From assembly GCA_965247335.1 (NCBI GenBank), contig CBDFGU010000009.1, positions 288,856 to 352,855 of the forward strand: DNA of 64,000 nt, written 5' to 3'. The notes under the pieces were generated by a model, which had not been told where the DNA came from, did not search any database, and saw only the letters and a program-made list of their open reading frames with translations. The first letter of the stretch is position 1. Each line of letters opens with the position of its first letter. The DNA is from Rickettsiales bacterium. GTDB lineage: Bacteria; Pseudomonadota; Alphaproteobacteria; Rickettsiales; UBA3002. The position numbers and the translations under genes were made by a program. Positions 37,091 to 46,418 of the stretch are shown piece after piece.

Positions 37091-37106
37091 GTTAAATTAT
37101 CGTTAA
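37091..37106 (-). promoter_or_regulatory. CtrA box upstream of flagellin
   Basis: TTAA-CGATAAT-TTAAC, an exact TTAA-N7-TTAAC. Confidence 0.75.
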
Positions 37107-37315
37107 TGACATTAATTTTCATCCAAGTTTTTTTCGACTTGTTTCGGAGAACCCGTGGTATGCCGCATAGAACCTTGAATGTGGAATCACTCGAACAACG
37201 TTCGTACAACTCCGATCGCTATCTACCGTGCCATAAATGCGTAAGTTTGTCATGTGGATTATAGTGAGCGTACACACAATAAGACTTAAGTTGTGTGCCT
37301 GTGGCCAAAACGCAC

Positions 37316-38470
37316 CTAATCTCCGATAATGGCATGGAGGCGTGCCTCTCTCACCCACCCGGTCTCGGTGTAAATCGCCAGTGAAAGGGTCGGATCTGCC
37401 AGGTGATCACTGAAGCGCGACAGCGACTGGATAATACGAATGACCTCCTCTTCACCCGGATTATCGCCCAGACTGGCCAAGGCGAGCCGCACTGTCGCAT
37501 AACGCACCCCGATAATCGTGATCCGCTCGCTCAACCGCTGGCCAAGGCCTGAGAACGGGAAAAAAGATTGCGAGATCTGCGCCTGCAGATAGCGTCGCAG
37601 AATTGGTTGCAAGACGTGGGCTTGCCGACGCATCGTCGCCAATGCACGTACGGCAAATTCTGTCGCCTGATCGGTAAGGGCAATACCGCCATTGGAACTA
37701 TACGTAATTCCGAGCATCTGCGCTATCGTCTCGACGCAGTACATCAGGCGCGGGCCGGGAGCCGGGCTCGCCATTACCAGTCCATGCAGGGCATGGGCGA
37801 GATTGAATAGATCCGTCGGCGCAGCTTCCGGTTTGGGAATGCGGCCATCCGCCATTATAATGTAAAGTGGAAATGCTTCCGCCCATGCGGCGTAAGGTTG
37901 CATTTCGAGGGCGTGGGCGACCGCACTGATGCGCATGAGGGCCCGTGCCGGTGAGATCGTTTTATCCGCCGCTAGATTCATGACCGCCGCATGAATAGTC
38001 AGCCCCGCTTCTTCATCAATGCCTTCCGGCAGGTAATTGCGCAAGGTATAGGGTGTACGAACCTCGCTGCGCTCGCCCAGCGTGAAAGCGTCAGGTGCAT
38101 AAAGCGTAAGCCGCGCGGCTTCCGGGCAGGCCAAGGTCATGGTGGTCAGCAGCGATGTCCCGAGCGCGCGGGTGATGCGCGGGAAAAAATAGCAAGCATC
38201 TCCCAGTAGCGCCGGGCTGTAATCTCGCTGGATAGCGCAAAGGCCCTGCTCGAACTTGACACATTCGGACGTTTTTGGATTGCGCTTCATTACGAAACCG
38301 GACGCATCCTGTGTCACGGAATCAAGTAACTCGGGCGCGCGTTGCTGATACTGGATGATTGTCTCGTGCGGCACCTGCATGCCCCACCCCGCACAGCACG
38401 TATCGGGACATTCCGCACCGAGGCAGGTGAATTGTTGAACTGACTGCGTCTGCCGGTGCGTCGGATTCAT
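37316..38470 (-). CDS. fliB: Flagellin lysine N-methylase FliB family
   Basis: FTCLGAECPDTCCAGW, LCAIQ, CYFFPR and LACPEAARL motifs; adjacent to fliC. Confidence 0.85.
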   Translation of the reverse strand: MNPTHRQTQSVQQFTCLGAECPDTCCAGWGMQVPHETIIQYQQRAPELLDSVTQDASGFVMKRNPKTSECVKFEQGLCAIQRDYSPALLGDACYFFPRITRALGTSLLTTMTLACPEAARLTLYAPDAFTLGERSEVRTPYTLRNYLPEGIDEEAGLTIHAAVMNLAADKTISPARALMRISAVAHALEMQPYAAWAEAFPLYIIMADGRIPKPEAAPTDLFNLAHALHGLVMASPAPGPRLMYCVETIAQMLGITYSSNGGIALTDQATEFAVRALATMRRQAHVLQPILRRYLQAQISQSFFPFSGLGQRLSERITIIGVRYATVRLALASLGDNPGEEEVIRIIQSLSRFSDHLADPTLSLAIYTETGWVREARLHAIIGD

Positions 38471-38501
38471 TGCTCACTCAGGCAGCATGCCGCAGATGGA
38501 G

Positions 38502-39017
38502 TCATACGGTCAGCGGCTGGCGTATCAAGTATTTTGTATTGGGAAAAACATGTTGTACCGCAGTACGGCGTGACACATGCACGAGAATCGGTGCCCGGGC
38601 ATTGGTCGAAAGCTTCGCCGCGCCAGAATCGCGATGCACGGTGACGACAAGCAATACCGCCAGATCATTAAGCGGGATGTTGAGGTCGTTCGCCGCCTGC
38701 TCGAGGTCCGTCCGCTCGATTATTGGGTTGGTGATATCGACCGGTAAGGTGATGAAGGAAAGCGCCGTATCGTCGAGCGATTGCAGCATTTTGAAACGCG
38801 CCATCTTTACGGATGGAAAATGCGTCAGGCAGTAATTGGTCTTGTCCGGGATGCCGAGCATGCCGTTCGGGAACGCGATCGCCTGGCGTGGCGATACCGC
38901 AATACGGCCGAAGCGTGTATCGAGCTCCTCCGTTTCCGCCATCGATGCCACGAACGCCTGGCCGACCACCGCAGGACCGCTTCCGGTCATCCGTAATTCT
39001 CCTTGATACATTCTCAT
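38502..39017 (-). CDS. fliW: Flagellar assembly factor FliW
   Basis: TRFG...FPNGMLG, MLQSLDD..LSF, TNARAPILV and Y.IRQPL motifs. Confidence 0.9.
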   Translation of the reverse strand: MRMYQGELRMTGSGPAVVGQAFVASMAETEELDTRFGRIAVSPRQAIAFPNGMLGIPDKTNYCLTHFPSVKMARFKMLQSLDDTALSFITLPVDITNPIIERTDLEQAANDLNIPLNDLAVLLVVTVHRDSGAAKLSTNARAPILVHVSRRTAVQHVFPNTKYLIRQPLTV

Positions 39018-39063
39018 CTCCCTTGATTGCTATGCTGGTTAGCGCCAAAGGCAGACAATCTGC

Positions 39064-39091
39064 ACTTTAACACAGTAGTAAGGCGTTGCAA
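39064..39091 (-). promoter_or_regulatory. Possible sigma70-type promoter for fliW-fliB
   Basis: TTGCAA-N16-TAAAGT on the minus strand. Confidence 0.45.
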
Positions 39092-39115
39092 GTAAACAGG
39101 CATCTTGACTTCCTG

Positions 39116-40018
39116 CTACTTGAGATAATCGGACAGGCGAAGCTGACTGAGCCGTGCATAGACCTGGAATGTCGCCTGCAGAATGGCTTGATAACTCGAA
39201 ACCTCGGTCGATGCCGCGACGATATCGGTCTTCGATTCGCCATCGGACAATTGTTTCCAGTAGGTCGACATCTGCGACAGGCGCGCATCCACCGATTGGA
39301 TATCATCGACGGTCGAGCCGATTTTCGAGCGTACCGCGATCAGGTCGCTCTGCCCGCTCTGGATCATTTGTTGGGCTTGTTCCATCAGGCTCGTGTCCTT
39401 GTTCGCCGCGGCATTGATGGCCAGTTTTGCTGCTGCCAGAATCTTCTGGAACGCTGGATCGTCCGCCCGCACTGGGAAATCCATGTTGGTCGTGTCATCC
39501 GCCCGCAATGTCGAATTATTCTGTGAACCTGCGTAATAGGACGCGCTGGGAACGCCTGGGGTGATCGTGTTGACAGCATTCGCCGGCACGGGCGGGGTGG
39601 TCGTATTCGTGCCCCCGAACATGTAGACCCCGTTAAAACTGACATTGAGCTGGCTGACCATCGACGTGATAAGATCGCCCATGGCCTGGGGGATATTTCC
39701 GGTAGCAATCGTTGCCCCGTTCGCGCCGACCATCATGTTCTTCATCTGATCCGCAATGTCGGTAATCGAACTTAAGGTCACATCGGCCGTCTGCAGTTTC
39801 GACACATTGAGTGCATTATTGGTATTGAACTGGGTTGCACGATCCATCTGGCCCGTCACTTGTGTGAAGGCCTCGACACTGCCGTTCAGCCCGCCGAAGG
39901 TCTGTGATTTGTACCCGCTCGAGATCTGTTCCTGCAGATCGCCCAACTTGGTCTGTGACTGGGTGACATCCCGCAAGGTGTCATTGATCAGGGACAAACT
40001 ACCGATACGCGTGGACAT
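39116..40018 (-). CDS. flgL: Hook-associated protein FlgL
   Basis: LQEQISSGYK, YMFGGT and LSQLRLSDYLK motifs; follows flgK. Confidence 0.9.
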   Translation of the reverse strand: MSTRIGSLSLINDTLRDVTQSQTKLGDLQEQISSGYKSQTFGGLNGSVEAFTQVTGQMDRATQFNTNNALNVSKLQTADVTLSSITDIADQMKNMMVGANGATIATGNIPQAMGDLITSMVSQLNVSFNGVYMFGGTNTTTPPVPANAVNTITPGVPSASYYAGSQNNSTLRADDTTNMDFPVRADDPAFQKILAAAKLAINAAANKDTSLMEQAQQMIQSGQSDLIAVRSKIGSTVDDIQSVDARLSQMSTYWKQLSDGESKTDIVAASTEVSSYQAILQATFQVYARLSQLRLSDYLK

Positions 40019-40035
40019 GATTATTCTCCCTAGAC

Positions 40036-42780
40036 TCAGTTGAAGGTATTCAACAGGTCGCTATACATCTGGTTGACAATGGTGATGACGCGTGCCGTCG
40101 CCGAATAGGCGTTCTGGAACGTTACCGTATTGGCGAGTTCTTCGTCGAGGTTCACGCCACTAACGGCAGTTGCCCGGCTTTTGAACCCGTCATAAAGCGT
40201 CTGCGCGTTGGTCGCATTCGAAGAGGCATTCGCCGTGGTCTGTGAAATGAACCCGAGCACATCGCTGGTATAACTCAGCAGCGACTCATGCGCGGTCGGC
40301 AGTCCACCTGCCGCCGCGAACGATAGCGGTTGCGTGTTCAGTGCCGACATTTTCTGCGCAACCGAGTTGTCACCCGAATACCGTGCATAAGTATATACCG
40401 GCTTGTTGCCCGACGTGACATTGGCACTCACCGCCTCGAGATTGCCGGTCGAGATCAGGTTCGCATTGTCAATCAGCCGTTGCTGGACCTTGAGGTTCTG
40501 CGCACTACCTTTCACGGAATCCCCGGTATCGGTCAGGTTATTCGACTCGAAGAAATTGTTCAGGCCGAAATAATGTGAGAATCCCCAGCCCGTTCCCGGA
40601 TCCGGCGGCGACTCATCCGGATGGCCCATCTGCTGCGAGCTCAACTCATCGATCGCCACGCTGTAGGTCTGCGAACCGTTCGTACCACCCACGAGCTTGA
40701 GATACCCCGGCTGATTGACATACTGGCCATTCACTTTCGGCAATTCATTGCCTTTCGCATCGACCATGATCGCCCGCATGGATTCCTGCGAAGTATTCGG
40801 CAGTACGAGCGTCCCTGGTGCCCCGACGGCAGTCGCATCGTAGCGCGTATTCAGGTTGTTCTGCACGTTATTCTGTACGCGGTAGGTCACCGGTGCCGTA
40901 GTGACGGTGCCATCATCCGCCACCGAGGTGACGTTCACCGTAACATCGTAATAGGCCGAGTTTGGGTTCGCACTGAGATTGACCTGCATGTCACCCGCGG
41001 CATCCGTCCGGATCTGATTGCCGGCGGATACCGTCTGGTACGGCTGCATCATCTGGATATTACCACCATCATTCACCGGGCCGCTACTCGTTGCGTTCGC
41101 CGTCGCATCGAAGGTGATCGTGTTGCCGCTCACACTGGTAACTTTAAAGAAACCGGTAAGGTTCGCCTGAGGAATACCATTGACCGGCGCGCTCGGCGAG
41201 TTAAGGTAGATCGTGTCGCCCGCCTGCACGGTCGGCGTGGTGGCGAGATTGATTGTTACCGTTGGCGATCCGATAGTCGTCGTATAGCTGTTCGATGGCT
41301 GAATGCTGAGCGAAGGCGCCGTTTTGGTCACGTTGGTGATATTCGTTGCCGTATCGTCGAGAACCGTAACGCCGGTGACGAACATTTTCGAACCACCACT
41401 ACTGATGTTATTGAGGTCGAACCCGAAATTGAACAGCGATGGCGTACCGTTGGGCAGCGTCTTCGTATCAGAAGCAAGCTGCACATTATTCAGGTTGCCG
41501 ATCTCCGCTTTATTGCCCGGGGCGCTGAAATGATTGTTGATCTCGTCGATGATGCTTTGCAGCGATGGTTTACCCGCGCCGTTGCCCGAATTCAGCGTGT
41601 TGAGGTTCAGGGTCAGCGGTTGGATGCCGGTATAGGATTCATCAGCATAATTTGCCGCGACCGGCGTGCCATCCGAATTCAACACGGCGATGCGCACTTC
41701 TCCTGTCCAGCTCGATGCATCGCTCGGGTAAAGGGCGCGGTCTCCGGTCAGGGAGGTTGCCGGTGGATAGCCAGAACCGTTATTCTGCAGTGCATTCACG
41801 CTATCGCGCAGGCCGGCCGAAAGTGTATCGAGCTGGTCAAGGATCGCCGGGAATTTCTGGTCGCGCACCTGTTGCAGCGCGGCCAGCGAGCCACCGGAAA
41901 TGGTGCTTTTGATCTGGGAGGATGTACCGCCCGAGATCAACACTTGCGGCGTGCCGATGAACTGGCCGCTATTGTTCAGCGTTAATACTTGCAGTGGTGA
42001 GAACGTTGCATCGTTACTGAAGACTGTACCCGAGCCGGCTTTCGTATACTGCAACTGATGACGGGTACTCTGCTCCACCAGTACCGCACCACTGCCGGAA
42101 ACAACCGTGACCGCGCCTGAATTATCGTAGCTGGTCGAGATATCCATGTACCCGGAAAGAAGGTTGAGTTCTTTGTCGCGCGCATCGAGCAACTGGCTGT
42201 TCGATTGGCCTTGCTGCAACGTGGTGCTCTGGCCCAGTTGTTTGTTGATGTCGCTCAAGCGATCCAATGATGCGTTGACGGCGCTGACCGACGTGTTGAT
42301 GTCGCTATCCGCCTGCTGGCGCAGATCGTTCACGTTACCCGCCAGTGCCGACATCTGGTTGGCGAGCGTTGCCCCGGCCGAGACCGCATTCGCCTTGAGC
42401 GATTCGGTATCCGGCGTTTCCGCCAGTTGCTGCACGGAGTTGAAGAAGCTGGTCATGAATGTATCGATCGAGTTCGATGCACCCGGCTGGCCGAGCAGGT
42501 TCTGCAGGTTGGTGTAATAGCCGGTCAGCGTCTTCGCGGTCGAATTAGTCGAGTTCTGGGTCTGCACCGAACGCTGGAGATACGCATCGATCTTGCGGGT
42601 GATGCTGTCGATCTGCACGCCCTCGCCGATATTGCCGACGGTGATCGCCGACTGGTTCAATACCTGGCGTGAATACCCTTCCGTATTCACGTTCGCGATA
42701 TTTTGCGACAGGACGCTAATCGACTCCTGGTTGACCCGAAGCCCCGAAAGCGCGTTGTTCAATGCAAGGGAAAGCGACAT
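40036..42780 (-). CDS. flgK: Hook-associated protein FlgK (914 aa)
   Basis: SQNIANVNTEGYSRQ and SGVNLDEELAN..FQNAYSATARVI motifs. Confidence 0.95.
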   Translation of the reverse strand: MSLSLALNNALSGLRVNQESISVLSQNIANVNTEGYSRQVLNQSAITVGNIGEGVQIDSITRKIDAYLQRSVQTQNSTNSTAKTLTGYYTNLQNLLGQPGASNSIDTFMTSFFNSVQQLAETPDTESLKANAVSAGATLANQMSALAGNVNDLRQQADSDINTSVSAVNASLDRLSDINKQLGQSTTLQQGQSNSQLLDARDKELNLLSGYMDISTSYDNSGAVTVVSGSGAVLVEQSTRHQLQYTKAGSGTVFSNDATFSPLQVLTLNNSGQFIGTPQVLISGGTSSQIKSTISGGSLAALQQVRDQKFPAILDQLDTLSAGLRDSVNALQNNGSGYPPATSLTGDRALYPSDASSWTGEVRIAVLNSDGTPVAANYADESYTGIQPLTLNLNTLNSGNGAGKPSLQSIIDEINNHFSAPGNKAEIGNLNNVQLASDTKTLPNGTPSLFNFGFDLNNISSGGSKMFVTGVTVLDDTATNITNVTKTAPSLSIQPSNSYTTTIGSPTVTINLATTPTVQAGDTIYLNSPSAPVNGIPQANLTGFFKVTSVSGNTITFDATANATSSGPVNDGGNIQMMQPYQTVSAGNQIRTDAAGDMQVNLSANPNSAYYDVTVNVTSVADDGTVTTAPVTYRVQNNVQNNLNTRYDATAVGAPGTLVLPNTSQESMRAIMVDAKGNELPKVNGQYVNQPGYLKLVGGTNGSQTYSVAIDELSSQQMGHPDESPPDPGTGWGFSHYFGLNNFFESNNLTDTGDSVKGSAQNLKVQQRLIDNANLISTGNLEAVSANVTSGNKPVYTYARYSGDNSVAQKMSALNTQPLSFAAAGGLPTAHESLLSYTSDVLGFISQTTANASSNATNAQTLYDGFKSRATAVSGVNLDEELANTVTFQNAYSATARVITIVNQMYSDLLNTFN

Positions 42781-42785
42781 GGCGG

Positions 42786-43259
42786 TCAGGCCTGCTGGTT
42801 GAGGTTGAGGGAAAGCGCGAGATCATGCTGTTGGGTCGCCTGCCCATTGCGGCCATAGGTGCCCGGGCGGTGCTGCTCGCTCATCACGTCCATGATGGCT
42901 TGCATTACCCGGCCATTCACTGCCTTGGCAACGGACACTTTGCGGAAATTCTCTTCCACGTTGAAGGCGAGGTCATCGGTCAGCAGCACGAGTTGCTCCC
43001 GCGTTTTATCATCGGCCTTCTTTACGAATTCGGGGTCATTCGCCATTACCTGCTGGTAGATCTCGAGCACTGCGGTGAGCTTGGTTTTCTCGTTATGTAA
43101 CTGCGGCAGCTCCTTGAACTGCATGCTGTCCATCAGTTCGCTTTCACGCGCGAGGATGTCGCTCAGGCGCAAGGTCGTATCCATCAGTTCCTCGACACTC
43201 ATCGATTGGAGGATGGCGGCATTCGGCAAGGCATGAACTGACTGCGGATGGAACTGCAT
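42786..43259 (-). CDS. FlgN-like export chaperone
   Basis: Helical 157-aa protein between flgJ and flgK, with a C-terminal TYGRNG motif. Confidence 0.7.
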   Translation of the reverse strand: MQFHPQSVHALPNAAILQSMSVEELMDTTLRLSDILARESELMDSMQFKELPQLHNEKTKLTAVLEIYQQVMANDPEFVKKADDKTREQLVLLTDDLAFNVEENFRKVSVAKAVNGRVMQAIMDVMSEQHRPGTYGRNGQATQQHDLALSLNLNQQA

Positions 43260-43262
43260 GGA

Positions 43263-43610
43263 TTATTTCTCCACTTCCTGCTGGCTGATCATCAGTTGTT
43301 TCACCTGGTCAGCGACACCGATTCCCCCGGTCCTTGCAATAATCTTGCCGTATTCATTGGTGAGCATGGATTTGTAGACGTCCTCACTGTCGCTACCTGC
43401 CATTTCGTCGCGTGATTCGGTATTGAACATGTTCGACAGCATCTGTGAGATGAACTGTGCCTCGAACTCATGCGAAGTCGCGTCGATCTGCTCCGGCGTT
43501 GCTTTGCTGCCCCGTAAGGAAATGCCGCGCGAAGTTGGTAGTTTGATGGCTGAAACTGACATATCGGTATCCGTAAGGTTACTAGCGGTGGCGATGGCGG
43601 TGGTAGACAT
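43263..43610 (-). CDS. flgJ: Rod-binding protein FlgJ (no muramidase domain)
   Basis: EFEAQFISQML and GGIGVAD motifs. Confidence 0.85.
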   Translation of the reverse strand: MSTTAIATASNLTDTDMSVSAIKLPTSRGISLRGSKATPEQIDATSHEFEAQFISQMLSNMFNTESRDEMAGSDSEDVYKSMLTNEYGKIIARTGGIGVADQVKQLMISQQEVEK

Positions 43611-43622
43611 GGGCTGCCTGTC

Positions 43623-44786
43623 TTATCGGGTTTCAATATTTGCTTGTAGCGCACCGGCAGCTTTGATGGTCTGAAGAATAGTGATCAGATCGCGTGGGCC
43701 GACCCCGAGGGCGTTCAAGCCGCCCACCAAGTCTTTCAGCGTGGCGCCGGATTGCATCACGGCGACCTTGTTGCTGGATTGTTCGCTGACCGTCACATCG
43801 CTACGTGGCACTACCACGGTCTCAGCACCTTCCGGCGCGAACGGGTTCGGCTGCGATACTTGCGGGGTCTCTTCTACTTTTACGATGAGGTTGCCTTGCG
43901 CTACCGCCACGGTGCTGATGCGTACATTTTCGCCCATCACGATGGTTCCGGTCGCTTCATCGACCACGATGCGGGCGGGCTGATCGGTCTCGACGGGCAG
44001 CGTTTCGATATCGGCCAGCAGGCCCACCACATCACCTTTATATGCCGTCGGTACCGTCACGGTGACAGTACCCGGATCGTCCACGCGGCTGACACCTGCG
44101 CCGACTTGCTGGTTGATGGCGCGCATCAGGTTGCTCGCGGTCGTGATATCTGGGTTGCGCAGGGAGAGGCGCACGCTCGCCATGTCGTTCAGGCGGAAAT
44201 CAATCTCGCGTTCGACGCTCGCCCCGTTACTGATGAAGCCATTGGTCGGCACGCCTTTAGTGATGGAAGTGCCGCTTGCGCCCGAAGCTTCGAAGCCACC
44301 GACCGTGACCGGACCCTGGCTGACCGCATACACGTTACCATCCGGGCCGTAGAGAGAGGTCGCGAGCAAGGTGCCACCGAGGAGGCTCTTTGCATCCCCA
44401 AGTGCACTGATCTGCACATCGATGCCTTGACCGGCCCGCGCGAACGGCGGCAGTTTCGCGGTAACTGTAACGGCGGCGACGTTTTTCGATTTTAGCTGGA
44501 TACCGCGTGTGTTGACGCCCTGACGCTCGAGGAAGCCGATCAGGGATTGTTCGGTGAAAGCGTTATTCTGCAGTTTATCGCCCGTGCCGTTCAAGCCCAC
44601 GACGAGGCCATAACCCATCAGCATGTTGTCGCGGATGCCCTCGAACGCTACGACATCCTTAATGCGTGCGGCATGCGCATTGCTGGCAAACATAATCATA
44701 GCGAATATCGTCAACAATAACCCTTTGCTGCCATGGACGGTCGCTCTGGTGCAAATGTTGCGCATCGTGTCAGGTTTCCTTTGCAT
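43623..44786 (-). CDS. flgI: Flagellar P-ring protein FlgI
   Basis: ARIKD, GYGLVVGLNGTGD, KNVAAV and AAGALQA motifs. Confidence 0.97.
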   Translation of the reverse strand: MQRKPDTMRNICTRATVHGSKGLLLTIFAMIMFASNAHAARIKDVVAFEGIRDNMLMGYGLVVGLNGTGDKLQNNAFTEQSLIGFLERQGVNTRGIQLKSKNVAAVTVTAKLPPFARAGQGIDVQISALGDAKSLLGGTLLATSLYGPDGNVYAVSQGPVTVGGFEASGASGTSITKGVPTNGFISNGASVEREIDFRLNDMASVRLSLRNPDITTASNLMRAINQQVGAGVSRVDDPGTVTVTVPTAYKGDVVGLLADIETLPVETDQPARIVVDEATGTIVMGENVRISTVAVAQGNLIVKVEETPQVSQPNPFAPEGAETVVVPRSDVTVSEQSSNKVAVMQSGATLKDLVGGLNALGVGPRDLITILQTIKAAGALQANIETR

Positions 44787-44830
44787 GTCGTCGCTCCGCT
44801 CATGGCGTATTATTTTTCTGTACTTACTTA

Positions 44831-44933
44831 TGCGATAAGCGTGCCAACTCGGCGGCGAAACCCACTTAGGCTGGATTTTCAAAGCGCTATTAAGGTCTGA
44901 CAGCGGACAGGTTAATGTAGGTAAAAATTGCCG
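44831..44933 (-). promoter_or_regulatory. sigma54 promoter of the flgI operon plus ftr-like site
   Basis: TGGCACG-CTTA-TCGCA at 44831-44846; AGGTAAAAATTGCCG at 44919-44933. Confidence 0.72.
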
Positions 44934-45093
44934 CAGCCTGCTAAAAAGATGACGCATCGGCTATCAGAACACCGTGCAAAACCGGTCATGTACCTTTACT
45001 ACCGTTGCATGATGCCAATTCCAAACCGTTGATATGCATGATTGCCTGTCGGAGCTGGTTGCATCGCAAGAGGCCGTCCACTATACTTCGCCT

Positions 45094-45561
45094 ATGGTCG
45101 AGAAGGTTGGATACACGAGGCCCGTCACGACGGCGCGTTCCGTCAGGAAGACAGGCAGCGTCAGCGGCCCCGGATTCGCGGATGCGCTGGCGGCGGCAGA
45201 AGTCTCGTCGGGGGTAGAGGGTGCGGAAGCGACCGGCAGCATTGCCGCCGTCGGCACCCTTGGTGGCCTGCTTGGTGCCCAAGAGGTCGATGAACGCGAA
45301 GCCAAGCGCAGCAAAGCCCAGAAACGCGGTCGCCTGACTCTTGATGTACTTAGCAATTTGCGTGATTCCCTGCTGATGGGTACCTTGCCCTACACGACCC
45401 TTCGCCAGTTGGAACGTCTCGTGGCGCAGGAGCGCGATGATCTTGATGACCCGGTGCTGATGAGCATCCTTAACGAAATCGAAGTACGGGCCGCAGTTGA
45501 GCTGGCAAAACTCGAAATGTCAGGCCTCACAGTGCCGGTTTCGGTGAACTCAAACGCGTAA
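45094..45561 (+). CDS. fliX: Flagellar trans-acting factor FliX
   Basis: RGRLTLDVL and ILNEIEVRAAVELAKL motifs; divergent from flgI and followed by dksA as in Caulobacter. Confidence 0.88.
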   Translation: MVEKVGYTRPVTTARSVRKTGSVSGPGFADALAAAEVSSGVEGAEATGSIAAVGTLGGLLGAQEVDEREAKRSKAQKRGRLTLDVLSNLRDSLLMGTLPYTTLRQLERLVAQERDDLDDPVLMSILNEIEVRAAVELAKLEMSGLTVPVSVNSNA

Positions 45562-45653
45562 ACCCCTGTGTATAGCAGTCGCATGCGGCTTGCAGCGTTC
45601 GCATCGGTTCCTTATTTTAGCTGGGTTATCAACGTTTACGCGAAGGTTGCACT

Positions 45654-46343
45654 ATGGCAAAATCCTCGGCAAAGAAAACGACGAAACCACACGCAAAACC
45701 CGCCCTTAAAAAATCTGCAAAACCCGCGGCACAAAAGCCTGCCGCCAAACTAGTCAAGAAAGCAACTTCCCCTGTGAAACAAGCAAGTAAACATGCCCCT
45801 GCCAAAACGAAACCCGCTGCTAAACCTGTTGCAAAAACGATCACCAAGTCAGCGCCGGTAAGACCAGCCGCGAAAGCTGCACCGGCGCCAGTAAAGGCGC
45901 CGCCGAAACCCAAGCGCAATTATAAACCGGCAAAGCTACCTGCAGGCTATAAGCCGCTCGCCAGCGAACCGTACATGAACGCCCAGCAACAGGAATATTT
46001 CCGCCAGAAACTGCTCAGCTGGCGCAAATCGCTGATGGACGAGTCACGCGAAACGCTCGATCACCTGCACGAGGAAAACTGGCATCAGGCGGATATCGCC
46101 GACCGCGCCTCGCTTGAGACCGAAGCCGGAGTGGAACTGCGCACCCGCAACCGTTACCTCAAGCTCATCAGCAAGATCGATTCCGCCATCGGCCGGATTG
46201 AGGATGGCGAATATGGCTTCTGCGAGGAGACCGGCGAACCGATCGGCTTGAAGCGCCTTGAAGCCCGCCCGGTGGCGACCCTTTCCATCGAGGCGCAGGA
46301 ACGCCACGAGAAGAACGAGAAGCAATATACCGACGAGGACTAG
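45654..46343 (+). CDS. dksA: RNA polymerase-binding factor DksA with Lys/Ala/Pro-rich N-terminal extension
   Basis: YMN..QQEYFRQKL, ADIADRA and YGFCEETGEPIGLKRLEARP (single-Cys type). Confidence 0.95.
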   Translation: MAKSSAKKTTKPHAKPALKKSAKPAAQKPAAKLVKKATSPVKQASKHAPAKTKPAAKPVAKTITKSAPVRPAAKAAPAPVKAPPKPKRNYKPAKLPAGYKPLASEPYMNAQQQEYFRQKLLSWRKSLMDESRETLDHLHEENWHQADIADRASLETEAGVELRTRNRYLKLISKIDSAIGRIEDGEYGFCEETGEPIGLKRLEARPVATLSIEAQERHEKNEKQYTDED

Positions 46344-46418
46344 GCTTAAGGTTGAAGCAAGCTGGTTTATCAGGTATAACTGGCCTGTAGCCTTACCCTC
46401 TAAAGCTTATGGTGTTGC

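Noticed and set aside
37217-37232. TGGCACGGTAGATAGC upstream of fliC
   Set aside because: Good -24 element but the GC is one base too far.
39031-39046. sigma54-like TGGCGC...GC upstream of fliW
   Set aside because: GG-to-GC spacing is one base short; sigma54 spacing is strict.
39018-39115. Hidden csrA next to fliW
   Set aside because: The gap is too short for a roughly 60-aa CsrA, and no MLVLTR-like start was seen on either side of fliW.
40621-41985. 454-aa + strand ORF and similar long ORFs opposite PBP1A, ligA, bamD and ftsZ
   Set aside because: Arg-rich antisense shadows expected from GC3-biased codon usage of well-supported genes.
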